Below, piece by piece: positions 1 through 9,443 of a stretch of DNA of 64,000 nt. The DNA is taken from contig CAZYCE010000001.1 of NCBI GenBank assembly GCA_964645605.1, forward strand, positions 64,063 through 128,062, written 5' to 3'. A program made the position numbers and the translations under genes. This stretch comes from an uncultured Gammaproteobacteria bacterium (GTDB lineage Bacteria; Patescibacteriota; Microgenomatia; UBA8517). Position 1 is the first letter of the stretch. Each line of letters opens with the position of its first letter. The notes under the pieces were generated by a model. The model saw only the letters and a list, made by a program, of their open reading frames with translations, ran no database searches and was not told the DNA's origin.

Positions 1-1
1 C

Positions 2-640
2 GCCAGTTACAAAAAAAGGCCTTATGAGGTAAAAGACATCTTGGATAATTTAAGCCGTAGGCAAAAGCATTTAATTGATTTGATAGTTGATGCAGGAAAG
101 CTTCCTGTAAGGGATCCTTCCACTGTAATTGATACAACTTTGGACGAGCCGGTAACGCTAAGACAGGGTGAAATTAAATTTTCTGACAAGAATGAGGTAT
201 TAAGTACCAGCGAAGAGGCAACACAAAACTTGGCCAAAGAAATTTGGCAAAAAAATGAACCATACTCCGGCAAACGTTCTATCATTTTTGCACTTCAGGG
301 AGAAATGGGCGCAGGAAAAACCCAGTTCACAAAGGGTCTGGCGCGAGCAATGGGAATTACTGAGCTTGTCACCTCCCCAACCTTTGCCATTGAGAACGAA
401 TACAAAACCGGACCAAAGAAGCTGTATCATTTTGACGCTTGGAGATTGGAAAACTCAAATGAGTTGTCTTCTTTGGGAATTGAAGATCTTATTGAACAAA
501 AGTCTGTTATTTCTGTAGAATGGGCAGAGAAAGTTGCCGATATTATTCGTGGGTTTGATGATGAAGCAATAATAATCTGGGTTAAGATAGGCTTTGGAAA
601 TAAGGATAATGAAAGAAAGATCATCTGGGGAAACTTATAG
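2..640 (+). CDS. tsaE: TsaC(Sua5/YrdC)-TsaE(YjeE) fusion, 5'-truncated by the window edge
   Basis: Frame is open from base 2 (ASYKKRPYEVKDILDNL...). TsaC C-terminal motif IVDAGKLPVRDPSTVIDTT...LRQG is followed by the TsaE P-loop LQGEMGAGKTQFTKG, VTSPTF, YHFDAWRL and VEWAEK. Confidence 0.85.
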   Translation, partial: ASYKKRPYEVKDILDNLSRRQKHLIDLIVDAGKLPVRDPSTVIDTTLDEPVTLRQGEIKFSDKNEVLSTSEEATQNLAKEIWQKNEPYSGKRSIIFALQGEMGAGKTQFTKGLARAMGITELVTSPTFAIENEYKTGPKKLYHFDAWRLENSNELSSLGIEDLIEQKSVISVEWAEKVADIIRGFDDEAIIIWVKIGFGNKDNERKIIWGNL

Positions 641-1142
641 CAAATCGTATATCGCAATTCCTATCTTGGAAAGTCCTCTGTTCAAATGGGTACAGAGCAT
701 TAACGGAAATAAAAAGTTTTACCATATTACTATACTTTTTCTAGGAGCTTTAAACGACAAAACACTTCCGGAAGTAAAAGATATAATGTCTTATCTTCCG
801 AAAACAGAAAACCACCTGCCAATCATTCCCGAGAAACTTGATTTTATAGGAGCAAATAGAGATACTTTTGTGTTAAAAATTAGAAATACTGATGAGCTCT
901 CAGAAATAAGGGAAATGCTTGAAGAAAGATTGCCAAAAAATGAGTTTAGCGGCCAGCCTTTTGTGCCTCATATAACTATTAAGGCTGCCAAAAGAGGCGA
1001 CTTTTGCAAGTATGAGAGAGATAAACTTTTGGATATAAATGACAGAAGTAAAACCCTGGAATCATTTACGGCGAATACGATTGGTCTTTATTATCGAACT
1101 GAAGAAGGAGCGACTGCCCTCCTTTTTTCGAAAAAAATATGA
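594..1142 (+). CDS. 2H phosphoesterase / 2'-5' RNA ligase (LigT-like) family protein
   Basis: Two HxT motifs (YHITILF, PHITIK) about 80 aa apart; overlaps both neighbours. Confidence 0.75.
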   Translation: MEIRIMKERSSGETYSKSYIAIPILESPLFKWVQSINGNKKFYHITILFLGALNDKTLPEVKDIMSYLPKTENHLPIIPEKLDFIGANRDTFVLKIRNTDELSEIREMLEERLPKNEFSGQPFVPHITIKAAKRGDFCKYERDKLLDINDRSKTLESFTANTIGLYYRTEEGATALLFSKKI

Positions 1143-2164
1143 AAATACTTGCAATAGATACCAGTTGTGATGAAACCTCGGCAGCAGTAACTGAAGGGGC
1201 GTCTGTCCTTTCCAACATTATCTGGTCTCAGGCTGCCTCTCATGCAAAATTCGGCGGGGTTATGCCCTCATTGGCACGGCGAATGCATGAAGAAAGAATA
1301 GACTGGGTAATTAAGAAAGCAATTAACAATTCACAATTAACAATTAACAATTTGGACGCAATTGCGGTCACGGTAGGACCCGGGCTTTCGATAGCCTTGG
1401 GTGTTGGAATTGATCGGGCCAAGAAATTGTCAATCAGACATAAAAAGCCGTTAATTGCCGTTAACCACCTCGAGGGACACATCTTGAGTTCACTTGTGAA
1501 CTCAGGAATTTCCAATTTCCAATTTTCGAGTCTCAAATTCCCAAGTTTGGGATTGGTGATTTCCGGAGGTAATACCGTGCTCGTTAAGATAAACGGAATT
1601 GGTTCATACGAAACGCTTGCCCAAACAACCGATGACGCTCTTGGGGAGGCACTTGACAAATCAGCCAGAATGCTTGGACTTGGTTATCCTGGCGGGGCAG
1701 TTTTGGAAAAAATGGCCAGGCTCGGAGACGATACCAAATTCACTCTCCCAGTACCCATTGCCGGACAGGAAAAAAGACAAATATTTACCTATTCCGGTTT
1801 AAAAACTGCGATGATGAGAGAAATTGGCAAAGAGGGAAAGCTAACAAGGGAAAATATTTATGATCTTTCCGCAACTTTCCAAAATGTGGCATTTAGGCAC
1901 ATTGAAAGAATTTTGGATTACATTTTCAGGAAATATGATTTTAGAAATACTGTCCTACTTGTCGGGGGCGGTGTTTCCGCAAACGTTGAGATACGAAAAA
2001 GATTGAGAAAAGTTTGCAAAAAATATTCGATTGAACCACTCTTCCCAGGATCCAAGAAACTATATGGGGACAACGCCGCGATGATAGGAGTCGCAGCATA
2101 TCTAAATCAAGATTTTGTAGATCCGACTAAGATAGATCGGGAACCAAACTTAAAACTGGCCTAA
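1139..2164 (+). CDS. tsaD: tRNA N6-adenosine threonylcarbamoyltransferase TsaD
   Basis: ILAIDTSCDETS, FGGVMP, AVTVGPG, VNHLEGH, DDALGEALDK, YSGLKTA, DNAAMIG. Confidence 0.97.
   Translation: MKILAIDTSCDETSAAVTEGASVLSNIIWSQAASHAKFGGVMPSLARRMHEERIDWVIKKAINNSQLTINNLDAIAVTVGPGLSIALGVGIDRAKKLSIRHKKPLIAVNHLEGHILSSLVNSGISNFQFSSLKFPSLGLVISGGNTVLVKINGIGSYETLAQTTDDALGEALDKSARMLGLGYPGGAVLEKMARLGDDTKFTLPVPIAGQEKRQIFTYSGLKTAMMREIGKEGKLTRENIYDLSATFQNVAFRHIERILDYIFRKYDFRNTVLLVGGGVSANVEIRKRLRKVCKKYSIEPLFPGSKKLYGDNAAMIGVAAYLNQDFVDPTKIDREPNLKLA
1321..1355. repeat. AATTNNN heptamer array (5 units) inside tsaD
   Basis: aattaac aattcac aattaac aattaac aatttgg; encodes INNSQLTINNL. Confidence 0.8.
1507..1541. repeat. 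Degenerate heptamer array inside tsaD
   Basis: aatttcc aatttcc aattttc gagtctc aaattcc; encodes ISNFQFSSLKFP. Confidence 0.65.
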
Positions 2165-2184
2165 TTCGTGCTACAATGTTAGCC

Positions 2185-4233
2185 ATGGAACCTACTTACG
2201 ATCACAAAAAATTTGAGTCTGCCATTTACCACAAATGGGAAAAATCGGCAGCATTTACCCCCAAGCCCGATAAAAACAAAAAACCTTTTTCTATTCTCAT
2301 GCCTCCCCCAAATGCAAGCGACCCCCTTCATATAGGACATGCCAGATTTGTCGCCATTGAAGACGTTTTGATCCGCTATCACAGAATGAAAGGAGATGCT
2401 ACTCTTTGGTTGCCCGGTGCAGATCATGCCGGAGTAGAAACCCAGTTTGTGTTTGAACGTAAACTTCGTGAAAAAGGCCAGTCCCGCTTTGATTTTGATC
2501 GTGAGACTCTTTACAGGATGATTCGGGAGGATGTCCAAAAAAATAAAGGTATCATGGAGGCTCAAATGCGTAAACTTGGCGCGTCTTGCGATTGGACAAG
2601 GTTCAAATTTACACTAGATGCCGATATTGTAAAAGAGGTCTATTCGACCTTTAAAAAACTTTACGACGAAGGTCTTGTTTACCGAGGCGAAAGAATTGTC
2701 AATTATTGCCCAAGGTGCGGAACCGCATATTCGCAACTTGAAGTGGATTACGTCGAGCGAGATGATAAATTTTATTACCTTGACTATGGAAGCATAACCA
2801 TAGCCACTACCCGCCCGGAAACGATATTTGCCGATGTTGCCGTGGCCGTCAACTCCAAAGACGAAAGATTTAAAAAATTGGTAGGATTAACCGCAAAAAT
2901 ACCGCTCATTAACCGCGAAGTTCCGATTATTGCCGACGGTCTTGTTGATATTGCAACGGGAACTGGAGCTTTAAAAATCACGCCTGCTCATGACCCAGCC
3001 GACTTTGAGATCGGACAAAGGCATAAACTTCCCGCAATATCCGTAATTGATGGGTCAGGCAGAATGATTGGCACTCCGGAGAAATATGTCGGAATGAAGG
3101 TAGAGTCAGCTCGCGAAGAGGTTGTAAAAGACTTGATGAAAGCCGGAAAAATATTAAAAGTTGAGGTAATCCACCATACGGTTGGTACCTGCTATAGGGA
3201 CCATAGCACGATAGAGCCGACAATTTCAAAACAGTGGTTTTTGGAGGTTAAACCGTTAGTCAAAAAGTCTATGGAAGCCGTCAAAAAAGGCGAAGTGAAG
3301 TTTGCAGCCAAAAGATATGAGAAAATTGCCAAAAATTGGTATAAAAATCTTAAAGACTGGAATATAAGCCGACAGATTGTTTGGGGTATTCAAATTCCGG
3401 CGTGGAGGTGCGAGAGGTGTCTTGAATGGACCATCACTGACGGCCAGGTCCCAACCACGTGCGATAATTGTAGGCACAATAAATTAGTTCGGGATACGGA
3501 CACTTTTGATACATGGTTTTCCTCAGGACAATGGCCTTTCGCAACCCTTAAAACAACCAAACCGGGAGATTTCGAATATTTTTATCCCACATCCGTTATG
3601 GAAACCGCTTATGACATTCTCCCCTTCTGGATAATTAGAATGATAATGCTGGGCATCTACGTTACAGGTGAAGTTCCTTTCAAGGTAGTTTTGATACATG
3701 GACTGATACGCGATAAACAGGGTCAAAAGATCAGTAAATCAAAAGGTAATGTAATTGACCCGATCGAAATGGCCGACAAATACGGCGCTGATGCTCTCCG
3801 GATGGGTATTCTTTGGGGAGCCTTGGTGGAAAACGATGTTTCCTTATCAGAGGAAAACATCAATGCCCAAAGAAAATTCTGTAATAAGCTTTGGAACGCT
3901 TCCCGTTTTATTTCGGGATTTTCGGCCAAATCAAAAACGAACGAACCCTTTGATAAACATCTACATGAAGTCGTCAAAGAAACTACAAAATATCTTGAAA
4001 AATACAAATTGAATCAGGCTGCGGAGCTTTTATACTCGGAATTTTGGCACTGGTTTTGCGATGAATGCATCGAAAACTCAAAGAAGGGAGAGATCGGAGC
4101 AAAACAGATGAAAAAAGGTTTAGTAACCTTTCTGAAACTGCTTCATCCTTTCATGCCTTTTATCACAGAGCAAATTTGGGATCAGATTGGGGAAAAAGAA
4201 CTTCTGGTTACCTCCTCCTGGCCTACCCCGTAA
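2185..4233 (+). CDS. valS: Valine--tRNA ligase (short form, no C-terminal coiled coil)
   Basis: PPPNASDPLHIGH, DHAG, DWNISRQIVWG, DTFDTWFSS, KISKSKGN. ATG 2185 follows extended -10 TGCTACAAT. Confidence 0.95.
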   Translation: MEPTYDHKKFESAIYHKWEKSAAFTPKPDKNKKPFSILMPPPNASDPLHIGHARFVAIEDVLIRYHRMKGDATLWLPGADHAGVETQFVFERKLREKGQSRFDFDRETLYRMIREDVQKNKGIMEAQMRKLGASCDWTRFKFTLDADIVKEVYSTFKKLYDEGLVYRGERIVNYCPRCGTAYSQLEVDYVERDDKFYYLDYGSITIATTRPETIFADVAVAVNSKDERFKKLVGLTAKIPLINREVPIIADGLVDIATGTGALKITPAHDPADFEIGQRHKLPAISVIDGSGRMIGTPEKYVGMKVESAREEVVKDLMKAGKILKVEVIHHTVGTCYRDHSTIEPTISKQWFLEVKPLVKKSMEAVKKGEVKFAAKRYEKIAKNWYKNLKDWNISRQIVWGIQIPAWRCERCLEWTITDGQVPTTCDNCRHNKLVRDTDTFDTWFSSGQWPFATLKTTKPGDFEYFYPTSVMETAYDILPFWIIRMIMLGIYVTGEVPFKVVLIHGLIRDKQGQKISKSKGNVIDPIEMADKYGADALRMGILWGALVENDVSLSEENINAQRKFCNKLWNASRFISGFSAKSKTNEPFDKHLHEVVKETTKYLEKYKLNQAAELLYSEFWHWFCDECIENSKKGEIGAKQMKKGLVTFLKLLHPFMPFITEQIWDQIGEKELLVTSSWPTP

Positions 4234-4302
4234 AATCGCTCCTTAAACCGTATTTGAGTAACACTGGAAAAGCGAAAGGAAAGGTTTATCGGGTCCGAAA
4301 AT

Positions 4303-5220
4303 TTAAGGTTTAATTGTTGCAGATGGAGAGCTTGTGGGGCTTGCCTTTGGAATCGCCGTAGATGTAGCCTCAGGAAATTTAAATGTGGAGAGAACCTGAT
4401 CAAATTCGGTTTCTATCTGTAACACTTGCTGATTGTCGTACGAATCAGGATAACTTAATGTCAGCGAATAGGTTTTACCGGAGACCTCGAAAACTCCTAA
4501 GCTATTTTCTAGGGAATTTGTAATTCCGACTATTGTCATTTTAGTGACCGGGTCTTCGGATTTAAATTTATAAAGTTGATAACCATCAACTGTCACTTCT
4601 GTACCTTCATAATCTTTGCCCAGTCCTCCTATTCCAACCATGTTCGCATAAAATGATAAATTCGCTTTGTCTTTATTTAATTTGATTTGGATGTTTTCCT
4701 TCCGGTCGTCGCCGTTCTCGTTGGTCAAATCGATTGTCCATGTGGGGGGGTATTTAAAACTGAATTTTTCTGTGGGATTGGTATATATTTCCCAATTTAC
4801 AGTTGGATTCGGGGTGGTTGTTGGAATTACCTCTGTCACAGGCGTAGGCTCAGGGGTTGGCGATTCCACATTAAAGAATTTTGTCCAAAGTAGATAACCA
4901 CCTGCCACAAGAATGGCAAGAAGCATAAGAATTACCGCTATCATTAAAATCGGCGAATTCTTTTTTGTAGGAGGCTCGACCGGCGTTTGGCTTACGAGAG
5001 GTTCCGGTGGCTGGTCAACGGGAGGATTTGTTATGGTGGGTGGTGTTACAGGCTCAGGTGTGATAGGGGTAGTGGGCTCGACAACTGGCTGCACGGGAGT
5101 TGCCGGTGGAGCCGTAACGGTGGGTGTTTCTTCCAAAGGGGGCGGAATCTGTACCTCAGGTTGCACCGGTTCCACAGGAGTGTAATTTTCCCCTTGCGGG
5201 ACAGTTGCGTTTGGGTCCAT
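4303..5220 (-). CDS. Single-pass membrane protein: Pro/Thr-rich N-terminus, PsbP-like extracellular domain
   Basis: Pro-rich tract, one TM helix, WEIYTN...FSFKYPPTW and C-terminal FDQVLSTFKF. Confidence 0.7.
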   Translation of the reverse strand: MDPNATVPQGENYTPVEPVQPEVQIPPPLEETPTVTAPPATPVQPVVEPTTPITPEPVTPPTITNPPVDQPPEPLVSQTPVEPPTKKNSPILMIAVILMLLAILVAGGYLLWTKFFNVESPTPEPTPVTEVIPTTTPNPTVNWEIYTNPTEKFSFKYPPTWTIDLTNENGDDRKENIQIKLNKDKANLSFYANMVGIGGLGKDYEGTEVTVDGYQLYKFKSEDPVTKMTIVGITNSLENSLGVFEVSGKTYSLTLSYPDSYDNQQVLQIETEFDQVLSTFKFPEATSTAIPKASPTSSPSATIKP

Positions 5221-5235
5221 ACTCTAGACTAACAC
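5221..5235. promoter_or_regulatory. 15-bp bidirectional leaderless promoter (overlapping -10 elements)
   Basis: Plus strand TAGACT (5225-5230) is 5 nt before ATG 5236; minus strand TGT-TAGTCT is 5 nt before ATG 5220. Confidence 0.6.
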
Positions 5236-5505
5236 ATGTCAACGCCCGAGGTCAATAATAACAATAAACTTCTTCTTTTCGTGATCACTTGCTTCGTCTT
5301 GCTAATGTTGAGTTTTATTAACATTAAAAATTATATGTCGCCAAAGTTTGTTCCGGAAAAGGTATTGGGCGCCGATATACACATTAGTGCAACTGAAGAG
5401 TTCTGGGATAAATTCTTAAGTGAAAATCCCAACTATCTTCCCGGATGGATTGAAATCGGAAGAGAAGACAAGGCCTACGCCCTTGATCCAAACTTCCAGC
5501 CATAA
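5236..5505 (+). CDS. Small membrane-anchored hypothetical protein
   Basis: 89-aa ORF with an N-terminal TM helix, KVLGA motif and a TPR-like tail. Confidence 0.7.
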   Translation: MSTPEVNNNNKLLLFVITCFVLLMLSFINIKNYMSPKFVPEKVLGADIHISATEEFWDKFLSENPNYLPGWIEIGREDKAYALDPNFQP

Positions 5506-5518
5506 TCTCCGATGGGCT

Positions 5519-6214
5519 TTATTTCTGAGGTTCTTCTTTAGGAGTCTCCCCTGAGCCTGCGGGTTGACCTTCGGTCGGGACCTCACCTTCTGCAAGCGTT
5601 TCTCCTTCAGCAGGAGCCTCACCTTCAACCGGCGCCGGAGTCTCAATAACCTCTTCCTTTTGAGGAGGTTCAACTTTAGCAACAATTGCCTCAAGGTCAC
5701 TTTTAATTTCTACTTTCGACTTTTCATATTTAAGATCTTTGACCAAGATAGACTGGTCAACCTCCGTAAGAGTACTTATATCAACCTCAAATCTTTCAGG
5801 TAGATCTGCCGGCAAGGCTTCAACCTTAATCTCGTTAACATATTGGACTACGGTTCCGAATGCTTGTTTTTCTGCAGGAGATTCTCCAGAAAGTTCAACC
5901 GGGATATCGGCCTCGACCTTTTCCTTAAGATCAACCTGCAAAAAGTCTACATGAATAATCTCATCTGTAATTGGGTGGTATTGAAGATTGTGAATTAAGA
6001 CGGGCTTTTCGTCGCTTCCCACGGAAAGCATCAGAAGACCTGTTTCTCCTGTTTCTCTAAATGTCTTTTCGAAATCTTTAAGGTTTACCTGAACCGATTG
6101 AGATTTTATTTTTTTGCCATAAACATTCCCAGGCAAAATTCCTTCTTTTCTGAGATTTTTTACCTTACGGCCCTCAACTGTTCTTTTTTCTGCTTTGAGT
6201 ACCATTTTTGCCAT
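5519..6214 (-). CDS. rplY: 50S ribosomal protein L25 (Ctc form)
   Basis: LKAEKR..GRKVKNLRKEGILPGNVYG, IHVDF, acidic tail. Confidence 0.95.
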   Translation of the reverse strand: MAKMVLKAEKRTVEGRKVKNLRKEGILPGNVYGKKIKSQSVQVNLKDFEKTFRETGETGLLMLSVGSDEKPVLIHNLQYHPITDEIIHVDFLQVDLKEKVEADIPVELSGESPAEKQAFGTVVQYVNEIKVEALPADLPERFEVDISTLTEVDQSILVKDLKYEKSKVEIKSDLEAIVAKVEPPQKEEVIETPAPVEGEAPAEGETLAEGEVPTEGQPAGSGETPKEEPQK

Positions 6215-8854
6215 TTATAAAGAAAGTTTCGCAAAGAGATCACGAACCAGTGTTGTATTATATAGGTAACCGCCGCCATCGGTCAAGGTAAAAGTTGGGT
6301 TGCTGGCCAAAATCTTTGTTGAAGGGTATAAAGTGATACTTACCGGGTAGCCATCAACTCCCGCCTGCTTTCTAAAATAGAGATTGTATTGCGCTATAGA
6401 CTTGTCGATCTTTCCACTCCAACTAAAAGATATTTTTTTTGTCTCCCCAGCCAACACTTCGATAAGTATTCCTATTTCTTTTCGTCCTTTGGCATCCGTT
6501 ACTTCGGGCGTCAATATTTGCGTATTCTGACCGATACTGCTTTCGACTTCAATGTCGGTAACATCCTGAGGAACAAGTAGTCTGATATAAGATTTATACC
6601 TCCCTGAAATACCAAGCTCTGTGTTTGCGGAATTTTGCAAAGTTAAAATTATATTCCTATTTGCTTGCCCATCTTCAATTTTTACAACTATATCTGCCGA
6701 TCTTTTTATAAAATAATTAGATTTATTACAACCAACGTTTGCCTCCACAATACCCAACAAGTCTGAATAGCATGCCCCGCTGCAAACGGGAATAAATACC
6801 GACCCGTCCCAACCAAGGTTGTTTATGGATCTCTGGAAATCCGAATCGTGCAAAAATATTTGTATATGTCTTTCATTTAAACTTTCGTATGCCAGTCTCA
6901 TTGCAGAAAATTTTTGCGGAGATGACAAGCCTCCAATTTTTTCAAGTGATCCCCTTGAGAGAGCCGTTAAAAAACTTGCCTTTTTGTGGGTACCGGGGAA
7001 AAAACCATCCTGTACTTCAGATTGGACACGTTCATATAAATTGCTTGAGTTAATTTCCATATTATAGTCAGACAAAAATACCGGACCGGAAATATCCAAA
7101 AAATTTTTAATTGGGTAAAGATCTATCGAGACAACTCCATCTACTTCTTTATCCATCTCCTTATTTAAAAACCATTCTGCGCGCTTGGCGGATGTTGGAA
7201 AATCGGGGTCCCAATTTGAATCTCGAAACCACCAGTTTGCTTCATTTAAATAGTTTTTTATGGGTGCCGGTGGTTCCACATGGCCATTAAGTTGGCCGTC
7301 TGCCGAATAGATGTCACTAATTGTAAAATCTGAAAGTCTTCCCTTATCAAAAGTCAGAAGACCATATGAACCAATAAAACCTCCGGTTGGACGAAGCTCC
7401 ATATTGTTTTCAAAAAGAATTAAATATGTTTTACTTTTTTCCTCACCCAAAACCTCCGGAAGCTTCCCTGTCATGACAACCATTTGTGAGGTGAGCTGTC
7501 TATAGGTCCCAATATTGATTTTTGATAAAACAAGTCCCGCTAAAAGCGAGCCTTTGTTTTTACTTTTAATACTTCTCTCTTCAAAATCAGATAGTTCGTT
7601 ATAGATCCTTTGCGTCCCCTCCTGAAAACCAGCTAGGACGGTTGAAACCGAGTATGGGTTTTTACTCAAAACGTTGCTAATTAACTCCTCGCCGGTCCTA
7701 ATAAGCGGAATGCTATTTGCGCCGATAACGGAAACTTTACTAAAAGTATCGGAGGCATATTCTGTCTCCTTGTATACCTGCCCAATAAGCGGAACGTGTT
7801 TTAGATAACTGCTTTCAAGTCGCGAGGGCGCTGAGATAGCTTTTACGATATATAGTAAAGCGTGAGCAACTTGGTCGTGTCCTGATCGAAATTGAAGAAA
7901 AGATAAATAAGATAAGCCGGCCGAGACGATCCCGGCAAAAAGAGGAAATAATAATATTATAAGAATGGTTGTCCACAATATTCTTAACTTACGCCGTGGT
8001 GCTTTGTTTGTGTTTACAAGTTTTTTTGTTTCAACGGTAATCTTTTTGGAGACAACCTTTTGGGTTTCCTGATAATGGCTGGGGTTCTTGCTGATCCATT
8101 TATATGTTTCCGTCAGTAGAAATCCAAGATCCCTATTAATGCGATAATTTTCTATACTTTCCGGTAGTTCAATTTCGGCACAGGAATTAATCGATTTTAT
8201 TTTGATATCACCGATGAGTTTAGCGTTGGCTTGCCAAAATACATTGGCTGATGTGTCAGGTCCTATTAAGGATACTTCCCTTCCATACGGTCCAAATGCA
8301 AAAAGCCACTTCACTATTTGTCGAGCCGCGTCATTAACAAAAATCGGATAAAGTAAGTCCCCCACGGGAACGGTATATGTTCTATTATTTATAATTTCAT
8401 TTAAATAATTGCTTATCTTTAAGTTGCTGTCCAAATCTAGGCGGGGCCCCAATAAATCTCCTACATATATTGTTCCAATGTTGTCTGTTAAATTTAAGCG
8501 TCTACTCGAGAGCGCGCCGTAAGCTTCCCTGGGTACTATCAATAATGTTTTTTTGCCATAGGTGTTTGTATTTTTTAAAAATTTCTCAATGTCAATCCAT
8601 GACTTTGTTTTATCTATAAATCCTGCGCAAGAGATAATATAGTTGCAGGCAATATCTTTTCTTAAAGTCCCGTAAGCGATAATACTAAATCTACTTGTTG
8701 CTGCAATGTTTTTCGTCTTATCCCTCCAACCTTTTATATTTTCAGTGATTACATTGACAAAACAGTTATTAGACAGGAGATTTTCCAAAATGTTCACGGC
8801 AAGAAAGTTTGGATCTGAGTATAGACAGACGAGGGATCTTTCGATTGAATTCAT
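6215..8854 (-). CDS. DUF4012 family membrane protein with degenerate NAD-epimerase-like N-terminus
   Basis: YLILFENNMELRPTGGFIGSYG, FRDSNWDPDFP..A, VDGVVSID, RKQAG. Confidence 0.8.
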   Translation of the reverse strand: MNSIERSLVCLYSDPNFLAVNILENLLSNNCFVNVITENIKGWRDKTKNIAATSRFSIIAYGTLRKDIACNYIISCAGFIDKTKSWIDIEKFLKNTNTYGKKTLLIVPREAYGALSSRRLNLTDNIGTIYVGDLLGPRLDLDSNLKISNYLNEIINNRTYTVPVGDLLYPIFVNDAARQIVKWLFAFGPYGREVSLIGPDTSANVFWQANAKLIGDIKIKSINSCAEIELPESIENYRINRDLGFLLTETYKWISKNPSHYQETQKVVSKKITVETKKLVNTNKAPRRKLRILWTTILIILLFPLFAGIVSAGLSYLSFLQFRSGHDQVAHALLYIVKAISAPSRLESSYLKHVPLIGQVYKETEYASDTFSKVSVIGANSIPLIRTGEELISNVLSKNPYSVSTVLAGFQEGTQRIYNELSDFEERSIKSKNKGSLLAGLVLSKINIGTYRQLTSQMVVMTGKLPEVLGEEKSKTYLILFENNMELRPTGGFIGSYGLLTFDKGRLSDFTISDIYSADGQLNGHVEPPAPIKNYLNEANWWFRDSNWDPDFPTSAKRAEWFLNKEMDKEVDGVVSIDLYPIKNFLDISGPVFLSDYNMEINSSNLYERVQSEVQDGFFPGTHKKASFLTALSRGSLEKIGGLSSPQKFSAMRLAYESLNERHIQIFLHDSDFQRSINNLGWDGSVFIPVCSGACYSDLLGIVEANVGCNKSNYFIKRSADIVVKIEDGQANRNIILTLQNSANTELGISGRYKSYIRLLVPQDVTDIEVESSIGQNTQILTPEVTDAKGRKEIGILIEVLAGETKKISFSWSGKIDKSIAQYNLYFRKQAGVDGYPVSITLYPSTKILASNPTFTLTDGGGYLYNTTLVRDLFAKLSL

Positions 8855-8999
8855 GTTACCTAATATTTTACCGCAAGTAATAAATTTTTATTTAATTAAA
8901 ATTTTGCAGGAAAAATAGTTTTCAGGTTGGGTAAATATATACTTAATTTCCGGCGCTACAGGGAACGTGAAATTTTCACAGAATGTTTCCCGAAATTTA

Positions 9000-9419
9000 T
9001 TAATGCCGATCAAGTTCGTTATTAAGCAGAAGGTCGGCAACTATATTTTCCTCTCTGGGGATATTTTTAAAGCTAACTATTTTTCCAATTTCACCTATAA
9101 TTTTTTTAATTAGACAACTTCTCGTATAAAGTTCAACATTTTTAATTTTATAAATTCCGTTTAGCTGCTTTACAACCAACTCAGAGTCTAAAAAAAAATC
9201 GACACTGTCCGTTTCTAAATCCTTAATTTTCTTATATAGCCAATTAAGGGCAAGGATTACTCCTTCGTATTCTGCTATGTTATTGGTAGTTTTACCCAAA
9301 TATTTCGATTGCTTTTTTAAAATTCTATCGCCCTGTTCTGCTATAAAAGCGCACGCCGCCGGTCCTGGGTTCCCTCTAGACCCACCGTCGGTGTGAATTG
9401 TCAAAACATTCTTTTGCAT
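9000..9419 (-). CDS. rnhA: Ribonuclease HI family protein
   Basis: HTDGGSRGNPGPAA, TNNIAEY, DSELVVKQLNG, IPREENIVAD. Confidence 0.92.
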   Translation of the reverse strand: MQKNVLTIHTDGGSRGNPGPAACAFIAEQGDRILKKQSKYLGKTTNNIAEYEGVILALNWLYKKIKDLETDSVDFFLDSELVVKQLNGIYKIKNVELYTRSCLIKKIIGEIGKIVSFKNIPREENIVADLLLNNELDRH

Positions 9420-9443
9420 GCAACTAGTGTAACAGAAAAATTG

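Noticed and set aside
4960-5200. Pro/Thr-rich quasi-repeats (also the Gly/Arg-rich tract at 54700-54800)
   Set aside because: Protein-level low complexity with no DNA periodicity beyond codons.
8945-8997. Imperfect hairpin (GGGAAC GTGAA/TTCAC GTTTCCC) between rnhA and the DUF4012 gene
   Set aside because: Weak, interrupted stem with no recognisable motif; could be a terminator or chance.
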